Shown: piece after piece, positions 1-8,622 of the stretch | Layout of the letters: every line of letters begins with the position of its first letter | Position numbering within the stretch: the stretch's first letter is position 1 | Made by a program: the position numbers and the translations under genes | DNA from: a virus | Taxonomy: Duplodnaviria; Caudoviricetes | Reading direction: 5' to 3' (one strand) | DNA length: 64,000 nt | Virus record (IMG/VR): IMGVR_UViG_3300031949_000027 | Coordinates: 2,437 to 66,436 of that record | The notes under the pieces: generated by a model | Seen by the model: only the letters and a program-made list of their open reading frames with translations | What the model was told of the DNA's origin: nothing | Databases searched by the model: none

Positions 1-90
1 GAATTAGTGCCCAATTTATTTGATGATGATAGGGTGAAATTTATGAGAGAGGTTTTTGAAAATCGTATATCAGAACTGGAGAAGAAATGA
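1..90 (+). CDS. 3' end of a gene truncated by the window edge
   Basis: Frame 1 is open from base 1 (ELVPNLF...LEKK) to TGA 88-90, with ATGA overlap into the next gene. Confidence 0.55.
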   Translation, partial: ELVPNLFDDDRVKFMREVFENRISELEKK

Positions 91-368
91 AAGAAGATAA
101 AACAAACAGAATAAAACTAAGCGTAGAACAGTGTAATGTAGCTATGCGTTTATGTGCTGCCGAACTTGATTATAGGCTTAACGAAAAAGGTTCAGGAACT
201 TTTAGCAGCAGACACGAAATACAGGGTTGTGTCACAGAAGAATACCACGAAGCAGTGGTAGCATTGAAAACTAACGATGTTGAACATTATAAAAAAGAAC
301 TATTAGACATTGCAGTAAGTTGCATCTTCGGTGTTGCCTGTATTGAATCAAAAACAATAGAATGGTAA
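87..368 (+). CDS. MazG-like NTP pyrophosphohydrolase
   Basis: HEIQGCVTEEYHE...KELLDIAVSC resembles the EExxE / ELxD acidic helices of the MazG fold. Confidence 0.5.
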   Translation: MKEDKTNRIKLSVEQCNVAMRLCAAELDYRLNEKGSGTFSSRHEIQGCVTEEYHEAVVALKTNDVEHYKKELLDIAVSCIFGVACIESKTIEW

Positions 369-375
369 GAAAAAA

Positions 376-987
376 ATGAGCCACACAGAAAAGAGAATTA
401 AAATAGCTTCGTTTGAAAGAAAGTTTAATCCACAAATAACCGGGAGTCATTGTGCTTTTAATGACAAGCATTTCATTGATTATAAAGATGAATGTTATAT
501 CCATCCGCAACTAAAAATAATTATCTGTAAGAAATGCAGGTTTGCGGAGAACGAGAAACAAGTTACAGAGAAGTTTCATAATGTTCCGAGAGAATACAAC
601 GGCTATATTTATCAATCAACATTGGAAAGCGAATTCGCAAAACAACTTGACCTAAAAGTAAAGGCGAGGCTAATCAAGAGTTGGGATAAACAAGTCAAGA
701 TTGAAATAAATGTAAAGATATTTGACCCTTATGATGTTCCTGTTCTTACTGCTGAAACAATGACTGAACTACATAAGCAAGGAATTAAAGCATACCATAT
801 CACTAACTACTTTATGGATTTTGTTGTAATCAATCAAGATGATTCAAGAACATTCTATGAAACAAAAGGGATGGAGCTGTCGGTTTGGAAACTAAAATTC
901 AGATTGACCGAAATGATATTCAGGAACAAAATTCAAATTGAAGTCATAAAGAAACAGGGCTACAAACCGAAAAAGAAGGGCAAATGA
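376..987 (+). CDS. DUF1064-like PD-(D/E)xK endonuclease
   Basis: YNGYIYQSTLE...W..QV...YFMDFVV...ETKG pattern; Cys/His-rich N-terminus. Confidence 0.65.
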   Translation: MSHTEKRIKIASFERKFNPQITGSHCAFNDKHFIDYKDECYIHPQLKIIICKKCRFAENEKQVTEKFHNVPREYNGYIYQSTLESEFAKQLDLKVKARLIKSWDKQVKIEINVKIFDPYDVPVLTAETMTELHKQGIKAYHITNYFMDFVVINQDDSRTFYETKGMELSVWKLKFRLTEMIFRNKIQIEVIKKQGYKPKKKGK

Positions 988-1823
988 GTTTAAGAATAAT
1001 AGCTGAAGGAGTAGGAGTTCAGACGGTTACACTTTATTTTATGAGTTCATTGGGAATTATACCAAGAGCTGACTATGCCATTTTTGCAGATCCGGGAGCG
1101 GAAAAGAATGCTACTTATCGTTATCTGGAATACTTGAAAGGATGGCAGCAAAAAAATAACGGCATACCACTTATACATTCTACATTACGTTCAACGATTA
1201 AGGAAGATTTGATAAATGGAACAAATTCTACTGGAAATAGATTTGCTTCAATACCTGCATTTACTCTTAATGTAAAAGAAAATAGTAAGGGTATGTTAAG
1301 AAGACAATGCACCAATGAATACAAAATAATGGTAGTAGATAAAGAGATTCAAAAATTATATGGATTACCGAAATGGGGACGTATTCCAAAAACAGAAATA
1401 TGGATGGGAATAACTTTAGATGAAATTGAGAGAGCGAAACCAGACATAGATAAAAAGCAAAAATGGAAAATTAGAGTATATCCTTTTCTTAATCTTAACT
1501 GCAGTTTTTTCCCACAATCACTAACAAGATCAGATTGCACACAATGGTTACTAAACAACAATTTTCCTATCCCTCCCAAAAGTGCTTGTTTCTTTTGCCC
1601 TTATCAGGGAGACAATCAATGGTTAGAGATCAAACAAACTGAACCAGAGAATTTTCAAGAAGCCGTAATGTTAGATAAGAAAATCAGAAATTCGACAAAG
1701 AAGGGAGTGAGAAATCCTATTTATCTTCATGGTAGTTGTAAACCTTTGGACGAAGTAGATTTTAATGAATCTCAGGAAGAATTATTTAATAATTCTTGTG
1801 ATGGAGGATATTGCGGACTATGA
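984..1823 (+). CDS. PAPS-reductase-like adenine nucleotide alpha-hydrolase with Cys clusters
   Basis: EGVGVQT (variant of GxGVQS), IFADPGAE, SACFFCP, C-terminal CDGGYCG. Confidence 0.7.
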   Translation: MSLRIIAEGVGVQTVTLYFMSSLGIIPRADYAIFADPGAEKNATYRYLEYLKGWQQKNNGIPLIHSTLRSTIKEDLINGTNSTGNRFASIPAFTLNVKENSKGMLRRQCTNEYKIMVVDKEIQKLYGLPKWGRIPKTEIWMGITLDEIERAKPDIDKKQKWKIRVYPFLNLNCSFFPQSLTRSDCTQWLLNNNFPIPPKSACFFCPYQGDNQWLEIKQTEPENFQEAVMLDKKIRNSTKKGVRNPIYLHGSCKPLDEVDFNESQEELFNNSCDGGYCGL

Positions 1824-3061
1824 TTGAACTAAACAAAACCTATCCGGGCAATGCACTTGAAATCCTGAAACAATTCCCGGATGAATACTTTCATTGTTGT
1901 ATCACCAGTCCCCCCTATCTTGGATTAAGAAGCTATAACACCGAGCCACAAATTTGGGAAGATCGCCGAAAATGTAATCACGAATGGCAAGAAGAAATCA
2001 TAACCAATAATTCAGGCGGAGGATGGAACAACCCGGAAACCAGACACCAATATCCAACAATGCGATTGAGAGACCCGGCGAAAGAAAACAAATCAAAAGT
2101 TTCTCAAGGTTGTTACTGTAAACATTGTATGGCTTGGAAAGGAGAGTTGGGGTTAGAACCAAAACCAGAACTCTATCTCGATCATCTGTTACAAATATTC
2201 ACGGAAGTAAAAAGAGTATTAAGGAAAGATGGAACGCTATTTGTCAATCTCGGTGATAAAACAGATAACAAGGGGATGTTGCAATTACCTCATAGGTTTT
2301 CAATTATGATGGTAGATGAATTAAAATTTATTTTAAGACGCAACATCATTTGGCATAAACCGGGAATTATGCCAACATCACAAAAAGATAATTTCAGTTT
2401 AGATTATGAAGACATATTCTTCTTCACTAAATCACAGAAATATTATTTTGAACAGCCATTAGAAGAAGCAATGTATGACGGAAGAAAAGACACAATGTTT
2501 AAGGGAAGTAAGAAATATGATAATCCAAATATTAGCCCGGATGGAGCGGTCAATACATTTGCTAAAGAAGGACACGAAAGATGGATGGAGGTAAACGGAA
2601 AGAAGATGAGAATTATGAGATCGGTATGGACAATACCAAGCGAAGCAATAATCGAAAACCATTACGCCACATATCCACAAAAACTTGTAGAGAGAATTAT
2701 TAGATATTCTTGCCCGGAAGAAATTTGTAATAAATGCAACACACCTGCACTAAAAGTATTTGTAGGTAAGGGAGGCGGGATAGGCGAATCAATGCATGAT
2801 CACAAAGACAACATAATAAAAGGAATGAGAGCAACGAATAAGAAAGCAAAAGGTGGGCACGGATATCACCGAATAGAAGAAAAGATAGTTTGTAACTGCT
2901 ACGAAGGTTTTCATCCGGGAGTAGTTTTAGATCCATTCATCGGGAGCGGGACAACAGGGATTGTAGCCCGGAAGCTGAACCGTAACTATGTGGGAATAGA
3001 TTTAGCCTATCATCAAATCAACGAAGACCGGACAAACAAGGAATTAGGCTTTTTCCGTTAA
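1820..3061 (+). CDS. N4-C/N6-A DNA methyltransferase, beta class
   Basis: Catalytic TSPPY precedes SAM-binding VLDPFIGSGTT; ATG 1820 overlaps upstream TGA; two Cys-rich insertions. Confidence 0.9.
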   Translation: MIELNKTYPGNALEILKQFPDEYFHCCITSPPYLGLRSYNTEPQIWEDRRKCNHEWQEEIITNNSGGGWNNPETRHQYPTMRLRDPAKENKSKVSQGCYCKHCMAWKGELGLEPKPELYLDHLLQIFTEVKRVLRKDGTLFVNLGDKTDNKGMLQLPHRFSIMMVDELKFILRRNIIWHKPGIMPTSQKDNFSLDYEDIFFFTKSQKYYFEQPLEEAMYDGRKDTMFKGSKKYDNPNISPDGAVNTFAKEGHERWMEVNGKKMRIMRSVWTIPSEAIIENHYATYPQKLVERIIRYSCPEEICNKCNTPALKVFVGKGGGIGESMHDHKDNIIKGMRATNKKAKGGHGYHRIEEKIVCNCYEGFHPGVVLDPFIGSGTTGIVARKLNRNYVGIDLAYHQINEDRTNKELGFFR

Positions 3062-3102
3062 AAAACCCACAATATTTATTTTCAAAACACCCCCCTTACC
3101 TA

Positions 3103-3133
3103 TTGACTATCTGTAAAGAAGTAGTTATATTTC
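3103..3133 (+). promoter_or_regulatory. Early promoter TTGACT-N17-TATATTTC
   Basis: Exact 17-nt spacing; preceded by CTTACCTA as at the 52956 promoter. Confidence 0.6.
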
Positions 3134-3182
3134 GGTAGCACAAAACACAACACATACACACAAACAAGAAAGGAACGCCGAC

Positions 3183-3695
3183 ATGGGAAACCCATCCAAC
3201 CTAACAGACCCTCACTATGAAGCATTGGGCAGAATAATAATATCTCTGCCAGATCGCAATGACGAAGTAAAGTGCTTACAAGTAAAAGAACTATTCAACG
3301 ATGAAGAAATATTCGACATCATTAACGACGAATGTTTTTTCTATGCAAAAGCATTTATTGAAAAATACCCCACGATAGAAGAAGCCCACTATTACGCTGA
3401 ACAGATTAAACGAATAAGCAATCCCTCCAAGTTACAATTACAAACATTATCCATAGAGATACCAGAAGATAGCTTTATCGGAAAGATAGGCTTAGCAGAG
3501 AACACAGGTGGAAATATTTTCAATGATGTAATTGAGTTGAAAGAAAGAAACGAAGTAATTGTAATTAGCTCAGACGGAATATTCATTTACTCAAGTTATG
3601 ACAATTACGAAGACGGAATATCCGTAGCACGGCACATATTTGAAGACGTAGCAGAGAAAGCATTTAACAAATCCCATCCAGAACTAAACCCATAG
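3183..3695 (+). CDS. Hypothetical protein
   Basis: 170-aa ORF with AC-rich leader and GAAAGGAA RBS. Confidence 0.75.
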   Translation: MGNPSNLTDPHYEALGRIIISLPDRNDEVKCLQVKELFNDEEIFDIINDECFFYAKAFIEKYPTIEEAHYYAEQIKRISNPSKLQLQTLSIEIPEDSFIGKIGLAENTGGNIFNDVIELKERNEVIVISSDGIFIYSSYDNYEDGISVARHIFEDVAEKAFNKSHPELNP

Positions 3696-3708
3696 AAGGA
3701 GTAATAAA

Positions 3709-3912
3709 ATGAAAAAAGAATTTAGTTGTCCTAATTGTAATTACGAGTTTGGCAAAGACGAAATAGTAGTAGCAGATACAGAGATCGGAAACCTTGCGGA
3801 GATAGGCTACCACAGTCATAATAATATAGAACTCGCATTGACTTGTGCTAATTGTGAAAAGAAGATTGTTATCAAACTAACAATATCAAAAATAGAAGTA
3901 GTGAGGGAATAA
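3709..3912 (+). CDS. Small zinc-ribbon protein
   Basis: CPNC...CANC; AGGAG RBS. Confidence 0.7.
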   Translation: MKKEFSCPNCNYEFGKDEIVVADTEIGNLAEIGYHSHNNIELALTCANCEKKIVIKLTISKIEVVRE

Positions 3913-4109
3913 TGGAACTTATCAGAGCAACCGAATTCGCAAAGAGAAAAGGAGTGAGCCGTCAAACGGTTCACTCTCTTATTCAATCCAAGAAACTCAA
4001 TACCAGAGAATTCGCCGGAATGAAGTTGATAGTTATGAATAAGAAAGCTACCAACTGGAAGCCGGAACCCGGGAAAAGAACAGACTTAAAGAAGGGAGTA
4101 AAAAAATGA
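3912..4109 (+). CDS. Excisionase-type HTH DNA-binding protein
   Basis: TEFAKRKGVSRQTVHSLIQSKKL helix-turn-helix pattern. Confidence 0.75.
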   Translation: MELIRATEFAKRKGVSRQTVHSLIQSKKLNTREFAGMKLIVMNKKATNWKPEPGKRTDLKKGVKK

Positions 4110-4546
4110 TTAACGATTATATTAGAAAACAAAATAAACTTATCAACTCTTTACCAACGGAACATTACATTCACACCGTAATTATCTCAAATGGTATGAA
4201 GTATGATTTAGCAGAACACCCTAAACTACATATCGCAATGTTAGAACTATTATCATCAGGCTTTGCCGTAAAGATGGGAGGAATAGGGAGCGGATTTTTC
4301 ACAGCGACAAAAGGCAAGTTTGAGTTTGTGTTCTTACACTCAAGGAGTGATAAAAAAACGCTTTGTGTTGTATCTATGAACAACAAAATGATATTTGAAT
4401 TCATAGCAGACACTAAATGCTTTTATAACTTCAAGTGTGAAAAGGGCAGACTTTACTATGATAGTTTATTCTTAGCTTGTAGCACAAAAGACTATACCTC
4501 AGTTGATCAACAGAATATTAAAAAGTTTGGAGGGCTACTAAAATGA
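4106..4546 (+). CDS. Hypothetical protein
   Basis: 146-aa ORF, ATGA-coupled. Confidence 0.7.
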   Translation: MINDYIRKQNKLINSLPTEHYIHTVIISNGMKYDLAEHPKLHIAMLELLSSGFAVKMGGIGSGFFTATKGKFEFVFLHSRSDKKTLCVVSMNNKMIFEFIADTKCFYNFKCEKGRLYYDSLFLACSTKDYTSVDQQNIKKFGGLLK

Positions 4547-4854
4547 AAACATACGCAGTATTTTTATTTGATGATGCTCAAGCGGACGCAAGAAGATATA
4601 CGTTTCTCAGAGACATCAACACAGACAACCCGGAGCAATTTGCTATTGATGAATATTGTGGCACAGAGCATAAACTAACTGATGATTACAAAAAAGTTAA
4701 AACATCAACTTGGGACGCAAGAATAACAATAAACAATATAAAGTTTGCTTCTCAGACAGTGGCATACATACCACACAACGGTGGTAAAGCAATAGTTCTT
4801 GCAGAGAGATACCCAAAGGTAAAATTCTCAGCTATGCAAGGAGGGACGGATTAA
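4543..4854 (+). CDS. Hypothetical protein
   Basis: 103-aa ORF, ATGA-coupled. Confidence 0.7.
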   Translation: MKTYAVFLFDDAQADARRYTFLRDINTDNPEQFAIDEYCGTEHKLTDDYKKVKTSTWDARITINNIKFASQTVAYIPHNGGKAIVLAERYPKVKFSAMQGGTD

Positions 4855-4855
4855 G

Positions 4856-5398
4856 ATGAATAATTTATATAAAGGCAATCATCCGTGTGCGGGATGCGGG
4901 AGAACAGGAGCGGAAAAATCGAGAATATATAAAGATGATTTATGTTATGATTGTAAGGAGTTAATAAGATTAGGACAGGGAGTAAAAAAAGAATCAAATA
5001 ATTTCGCAAGAGTATTTTTTCATAAAACAGATTCTTTTCTCCGGTCAACATATCAACAATTCGATAAAAAAGATAGTTACCTATACTCAGAACAAATAGC
5101 GTATGATGCAAAAGCAAACGACAAATTATTGGAATCGCTTGAAATGTTATTGAAAGCACTACATAGAGGGAGGAAGAAAGAAACCAAAGCACAATTAAGA
5201 ATAGGCGAGAACATACACGGAAGGGCAGACGAATACTATATTGAATCAGAGACAGCATTAACACTATTTAATTTTATCAAATCATTAGCGGAACATTCAA
5301 AGATAATCAAGAAGAAAGGATTTGAGGAAGGGAAATTGTTATTAATTAATTTGAATCAAGGGAAAATTACATTAAAAGAATTGGAGGAAAGAAAATGA
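4856..5398 (+). CDS. Hypothetical protein with N-terminal Zn-binding motif
   Basis: CAGC...CYDC; GGAGG RBS. Confidence 0.7.
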   Translation: MNNLYKGNHPCAGCGRTGAEKSRIYKDDLCYDCKELIRLGQGVKKESNNFARVFFHKTDSFLRSTYQQFDKKDSYLYSEQIAYDAKANDKLLESLEMLLKALHRGRKKETKAQLRIGENIHGRADEYYIESETALTLFNFIKSLAEHSKIIKKKGFEEGKLLLINLNQGKITLKELEERK

Positions 5399-5781
5399 TA
5401 AAGGAATTAACAGAGTTACAGCAGAAAGTTAAAGACCTATTGATTAAGGTTGAAGGACAAACACCGGAAGAAGCTAATTATAATCTGAGGGGGACAAATG
5501 AAGAAACGCTGAAGGTTTGGCTAAAAGAAATTAGTGAGAGAGGAGTCCGAGACCCTATTATGAAACATTCAATCAATCTACCCCCACAGTATAAAGTAGT
5601 AACTGTATATAACAGGCAGAAAGACAGAGAAGAAGGAGACGGCATCTATTGTGAGAACTCAGACTCTAATTGCTTACTACTATTCAAGGAAGATCACCTA
5701 TATCAATACACCAGAGACGAAGTAAAGGAATTGTTTGTATTAAGAGACCTAAAAGGGGACATAATACCTCTTGACATTTAG
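5395..5781 (+). CDS. Hypothetical protein
   Basis: 128-aa ORF, ATGA-coupled, GGAGG RBS. Confidence 0.7.
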   Translation: MIKELTELQQKVKDLLIKVEGQTPEEANYNLRGTNEETLKVWLKEISERGVRDPIMKHSINLPPQYKVVTVYNRQKDREEGDGIYCENSDSNCLLLFKEDHLYQYTRDEVKELFVLRDLKGDIIPLDI

Positions 5782-5801
5782 TAAAAAGGTTTGTAAATTT
5801 A
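5771..5801 (+). promoter_or_regulatory. Promoter TTGACA-N17-TAAATTTA
   Basis: Perfect -35 hexamer, 17-nt spacer, followed by the same AC-rich leader seen at 3141-3182. Confidence 0.55.
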
Positions 5802-5846
5802 CACCAGTAATTAACACACACAAAAAACAAGAAAGGAAGCCGACAA

Positions 5847-6344
5847 ATGACAACCAAACAAATCAACAAGATTGTTGAGGAGTTAGCCAGACCGGAATAC
5901 CGGAAAGGAACCGAAGGTCTATCTAACAATGAAGCATGGGCAAAAATTAAAGAGAACATCAAGACAAAAAACGAAGTTCTTTTTAACGACATCCAGAAAC
6001 TAACGGCAGACGAATTGAGAAAAAAAGGTTTTATGACCTTTATGTTTTGCTTATCCCTCCTCCAAGATAAAAACACATCAAACTATTCCAACGTAGAAAA
6101 GTTATCAGAGGAAAGATACAGAACATTAGATCAAATGGAAGCAATAAAAAAAGCAAAAGAGTTAAGCAAGATTAACAACTCATTTTGGACGGTTATAAAA
6201 AGTTACTCAGAAGATTTGAACTCAGAATGTTATTACATTGAAAATGGTATAGCATTGATAAACACATCAGAAGAACTAATCGGGGAATTCGAGAACGGTC
6301 AAGCAATTAAAAACTATTCACACAAACAAGAAAGGATTAAATAA
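5847..6344 (+). CDS. Hypothetical protein
   Basis: 165-aa ORF with GAAAGGAA RBS. Confidence 0.75.
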   Translation: MTTKQINKIVEELARPEYRKGTEGLSNNEAWAKIKENIKTKNEVLFNDIQKLTADELRKKGFMTFMFCLSLLQDKNTSNYSNVEKLSEERYRTLDQMEAIKKAKELSKINNSFWTVIKSYSEDLNSECYYIENGIALINTSEELIGEFENGQAIKNYSHKQERIK

Positions 6345-6345
6345 C

Positions 6346-7605
6346 ATGACAAAAGAATTCAAGATTCTTGACTACTGTTTCAGCTTCAAGGGATTGAAAG
6401 CAGAAATACAAGCCTTCGATCAATCCTTCAATCTTCTTACTCATATCAAATCCTACAAGATGGAACGGAGGGGAATTATCGAAATAGAAGAAATAACAGA
6501 AAAGGTATTTTTCATAATGTTCGGACAGGAACAGCTAAGACAGCCGGAAGAATTTGAAGTAAAGAAAAATCAATTTCTTGCTAAGTTGAACGGCAAAACA
6601 TTAACCATTGCAGAACTACCGGGAATAAAGAAAGAGATCAAAGAAATATTTAACGCTCACGTTTCGCTTGATGATAAAACAGAAACTCCTGAACAGCACG
6701 AAAAGGAATTGGTAGAGCGTAACAAGTTACATGCAGAACACGAAGCAATAAGACAGGAACAAAGCAAACAGAGAGAAATCCAGAAAGAAGCACTCATAAA
6801 AGATTATCCATATCTGCAAACAGCATCAAAGGATATATCCGCACGCATACTCGCAACAAAGAACATTCGCATTGAACTTGAAAGAGCATATCCCGGACAC
6901 AAATTCTCAATTACTTCTGAAACATTTTCCGGCGGGGACTCAATAGACGTTAGATGGACGGACGGAGTAACAGAGAAGGAAATAAGAGACATCATTGGCA
7001 AATATCAAGAAGGACATTTTGACGGTATGACCGATAGCTATAACTATTCTCGAGATCCTTTCAGTGATATTTTCGGCGGTGCAAAATATGTTCATGGCAC
7101 AAGATCATACACAATGGAAAAGCAAAAAGAACTTGCTGAAAAGTTAGGCTATGAAATAACATTCAACGAGTATAAGAGTTTCAAAGTTACAAAGGAAGGA
7201 AGACAAGAAGATCAGGAGTTCAGCGACATACTAAGGTCAACCTCATTTTATACTAAGCCTGAACATCCAACCAACGGCGGAAGAAACATTGAAATCTCAT
7301 CAGCCAGTGGTATAAAAATCCAAGAGAATAAAGAGAAAGGCGGAATTGAAATAAACTTCTCAACTAAACCAACGGCGGAAGTAATAAGCAAATTAAAATC
7401 TAATGGTTTTAGGTGGAACGGAAGAACTAAGGTATGGTATAAGAAGATGTCAGAAAATGCGAGAATTTTCGCTGAAAGTCTAACCTACGGCGGAAAAACA
7501 ACAAATGATTCAATAGATGATCCAGAAGAAGAACTAATTACTCAAGAACAACAGACATTTGAAAGAGATTTACAGAGAGAGGCTATCAGCGAACAAGAAC
7601 AATAA
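6346..7605 (+). CDS. LPD29-like (large polyvalent protein-associated) domain protein
   Basis: KNIRIELERAYPGHKFSITSETFSGGDSIDVRWTDG...FDGMTDSYNY; C-terminal GIEINF..KP...LKSNGFRW...WYK domain. Confidence 0.7.
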   Translation: MTKEFKILDYCFSFKGLKAEIQAFDQSFNLLTHIKSYKMERRGIIEIEEITEKVFFIMFGQEQLRQPEEFEVKKNQFLAKLNGKTLTIAELPGIKKEIKEIFNAHVSLDDKTETPEQHEKELVERNKLHAEHEAIRQEQSKQREIQKEALIKDYPYLQTASKDISARILATKNIRIELERAYPGHKFSITSETFSGGDSIDVRWTDGVTEKEIRDIIGKYQEGHFDGMTDSYNYSRDPFSDIFGGAKYVHGTRSYTMEKQKELAEKLGYEITFNEYKSFKVTKEGRQEDQEFSDILRSTSFYTKPEHPTNGGRNIEISSASGIKIQENKEKGGIEINFSTKPTAEVISKLKSNGFRWNGRTKVWYKKMSENARIFAESLTYGGKTTNDSIDDPEEELITQEQQTFERDLQREAISEQEQ

Positions 7606-7609
7606 AAAC

Positions 7610-7673
7610 GATTGATTCTTATTTGCCTTGAGTCTCTCAGGTCGGTGTAGAGATTCGGCAGAGGGAGTTAATC
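7610..7673 (+). other. Long irregular RNA hairpin
   Basis: 7610-7619 pairs with 7664-7673, TGCC 7624-27 with GGCA 7657-60, GAGTCTCT 7630-37 with AGAGATTC 7649-56; several G-U pairs. Confidence 0.5.
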
Positions 7674-7679
7674 AACGAG

Positions 7680-7720
7680 ACCCCTGAAGGTTAAATGGTT
7701 TGCTTTCAGGGGTTTTTTTT
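7680..7720 (+). terminator. Rho-independent terminator
   Basis: ACCCCTGAA / TTCAGGGGT 9-bp stem followed by a T run. Confidence 0.7.
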
Positions 7721-7729
7721 ATATGTTTG
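7699..7729 (+). promoter_or_regulatory. Bacteroidota-type promoter TTTG-N19-TATGTTTG upstream of terS
   Basis: Matches the TTTG-N19-21-TAnnTTTG consensus; terS ATG lies 7 nt downstream. Confidence 0.5.
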
Positions 7730-7735
7730 CACCAA

Positions 7736-8191
7736 ATGGAAAAGCAAGAAAAGGAAATAAAAAAGAATAAGGGTGGAAGACCATCAAAAAAAGATAAAGT
7801 CAAATGGGATGCAGTGAAATTGCTTTATGAGAGAGGGTTTATAGATACAGAAGTTTGTAAAATAATTGGAATTAACGAATCAACATTAACAAGATGGAAA
7901 CAAAAACACCCAAACTTATGCACGTCCATAAAAGAATGGAAGCGAGAAGCAGACGAGAAAGTTGAGAAAGCATTATTTTTAAGAGCAATAGGTTATGAGC
8001 ACGATGATTTATATATCACCCAACATCAGGGGGAAATTATTGAGAAGAAAATAAAAAAATATTATCCACCTGATACTGCAGCAGCATTTATCTGGTTGAA
8101 AAACAGGAAGCCAAAAGAATGGCAAGATAAATATGGGATAGAACATAGCGGTGATATAATAGTAAACATCAGAGGGCTAAAGAAGTTTTGA
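7736..8191 (+). CDS. terS: Terminase small subunit
   Basis: GGRPS, HTH, EKALFLRAIGY...YPPDTAAAFIWLKNRKPKEWQDK; ATG 7736 preferred over the track's TTG 7700, which lies inside the terminator. Confidence 0.85.
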   Translation: MEKQEKEIKKNKGGRPSKKDKVKWDAVKLLYERGFIDTEVCKIIGINESTLTRWKQKHPNLCTSIKEWKREADEKVEKALFLRAIGYEHDDLYITQHQGEIIEKKIKKYYPPDTAAAFIWLKNRKPKEWQDKYGIEHSGDIIVNIRGLKKF

Positions 8192-8324
8192 TTACGGAGT
8201 ATTTTATCGAGTAAACACCAATAATGCGATTACAGCCAAAAAAATTCTTTATTAGAAGCTATTAGAGACACGAACTCAGGGCAGGACGATATAAGTATCG
8301 AACAATCATTCACTACAATACAAA

Positions 8325-8621
8325 ATGATTAGATGGATTAAAAGAAAACCTTTCATCAGATGGATTGCTAAGAAAAGATTATTGAATCTGCAAAAACAAT
8401 ACAGAAGATTTAGTAAGCAATGGGAACACCATCAAACCAATATGCACATAGCAGCATTAAGATTGTTGGAAGCCAGGATAACTTATTATGAAAAATGTTT
8501 TCTTGCTTGGGGAAAATACCGTCCTGAATTCTCGTTTGATGAGCAACAGCTAATAAAATATGAGAACGAATTAAAAGAGTTACAAATACCTTTCCGATTA
8601 AACTTCTTCGAGTTAAACTAA
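8325..8621 (+). CDS. Hypothetical protein
   Basis: 98-aa ORF between terS and terL. Confidence 0.6.
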   Translation: MIRWIKRKPFIRWIAKKRLLNLQKQYRRFSKQWEHHQTNMHIAALRLLEARITYYEKCFLAWGKYRPEFSFDEQQLIKYENELKELQIPFRLNFFELN

Positions 8622-8622
8622 A

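Noticed and set aside
8192-8324. pac site near terS
   Set aside because: Plausible by analogy with P22, but no sequence feature identifies it; needs read-terminus data
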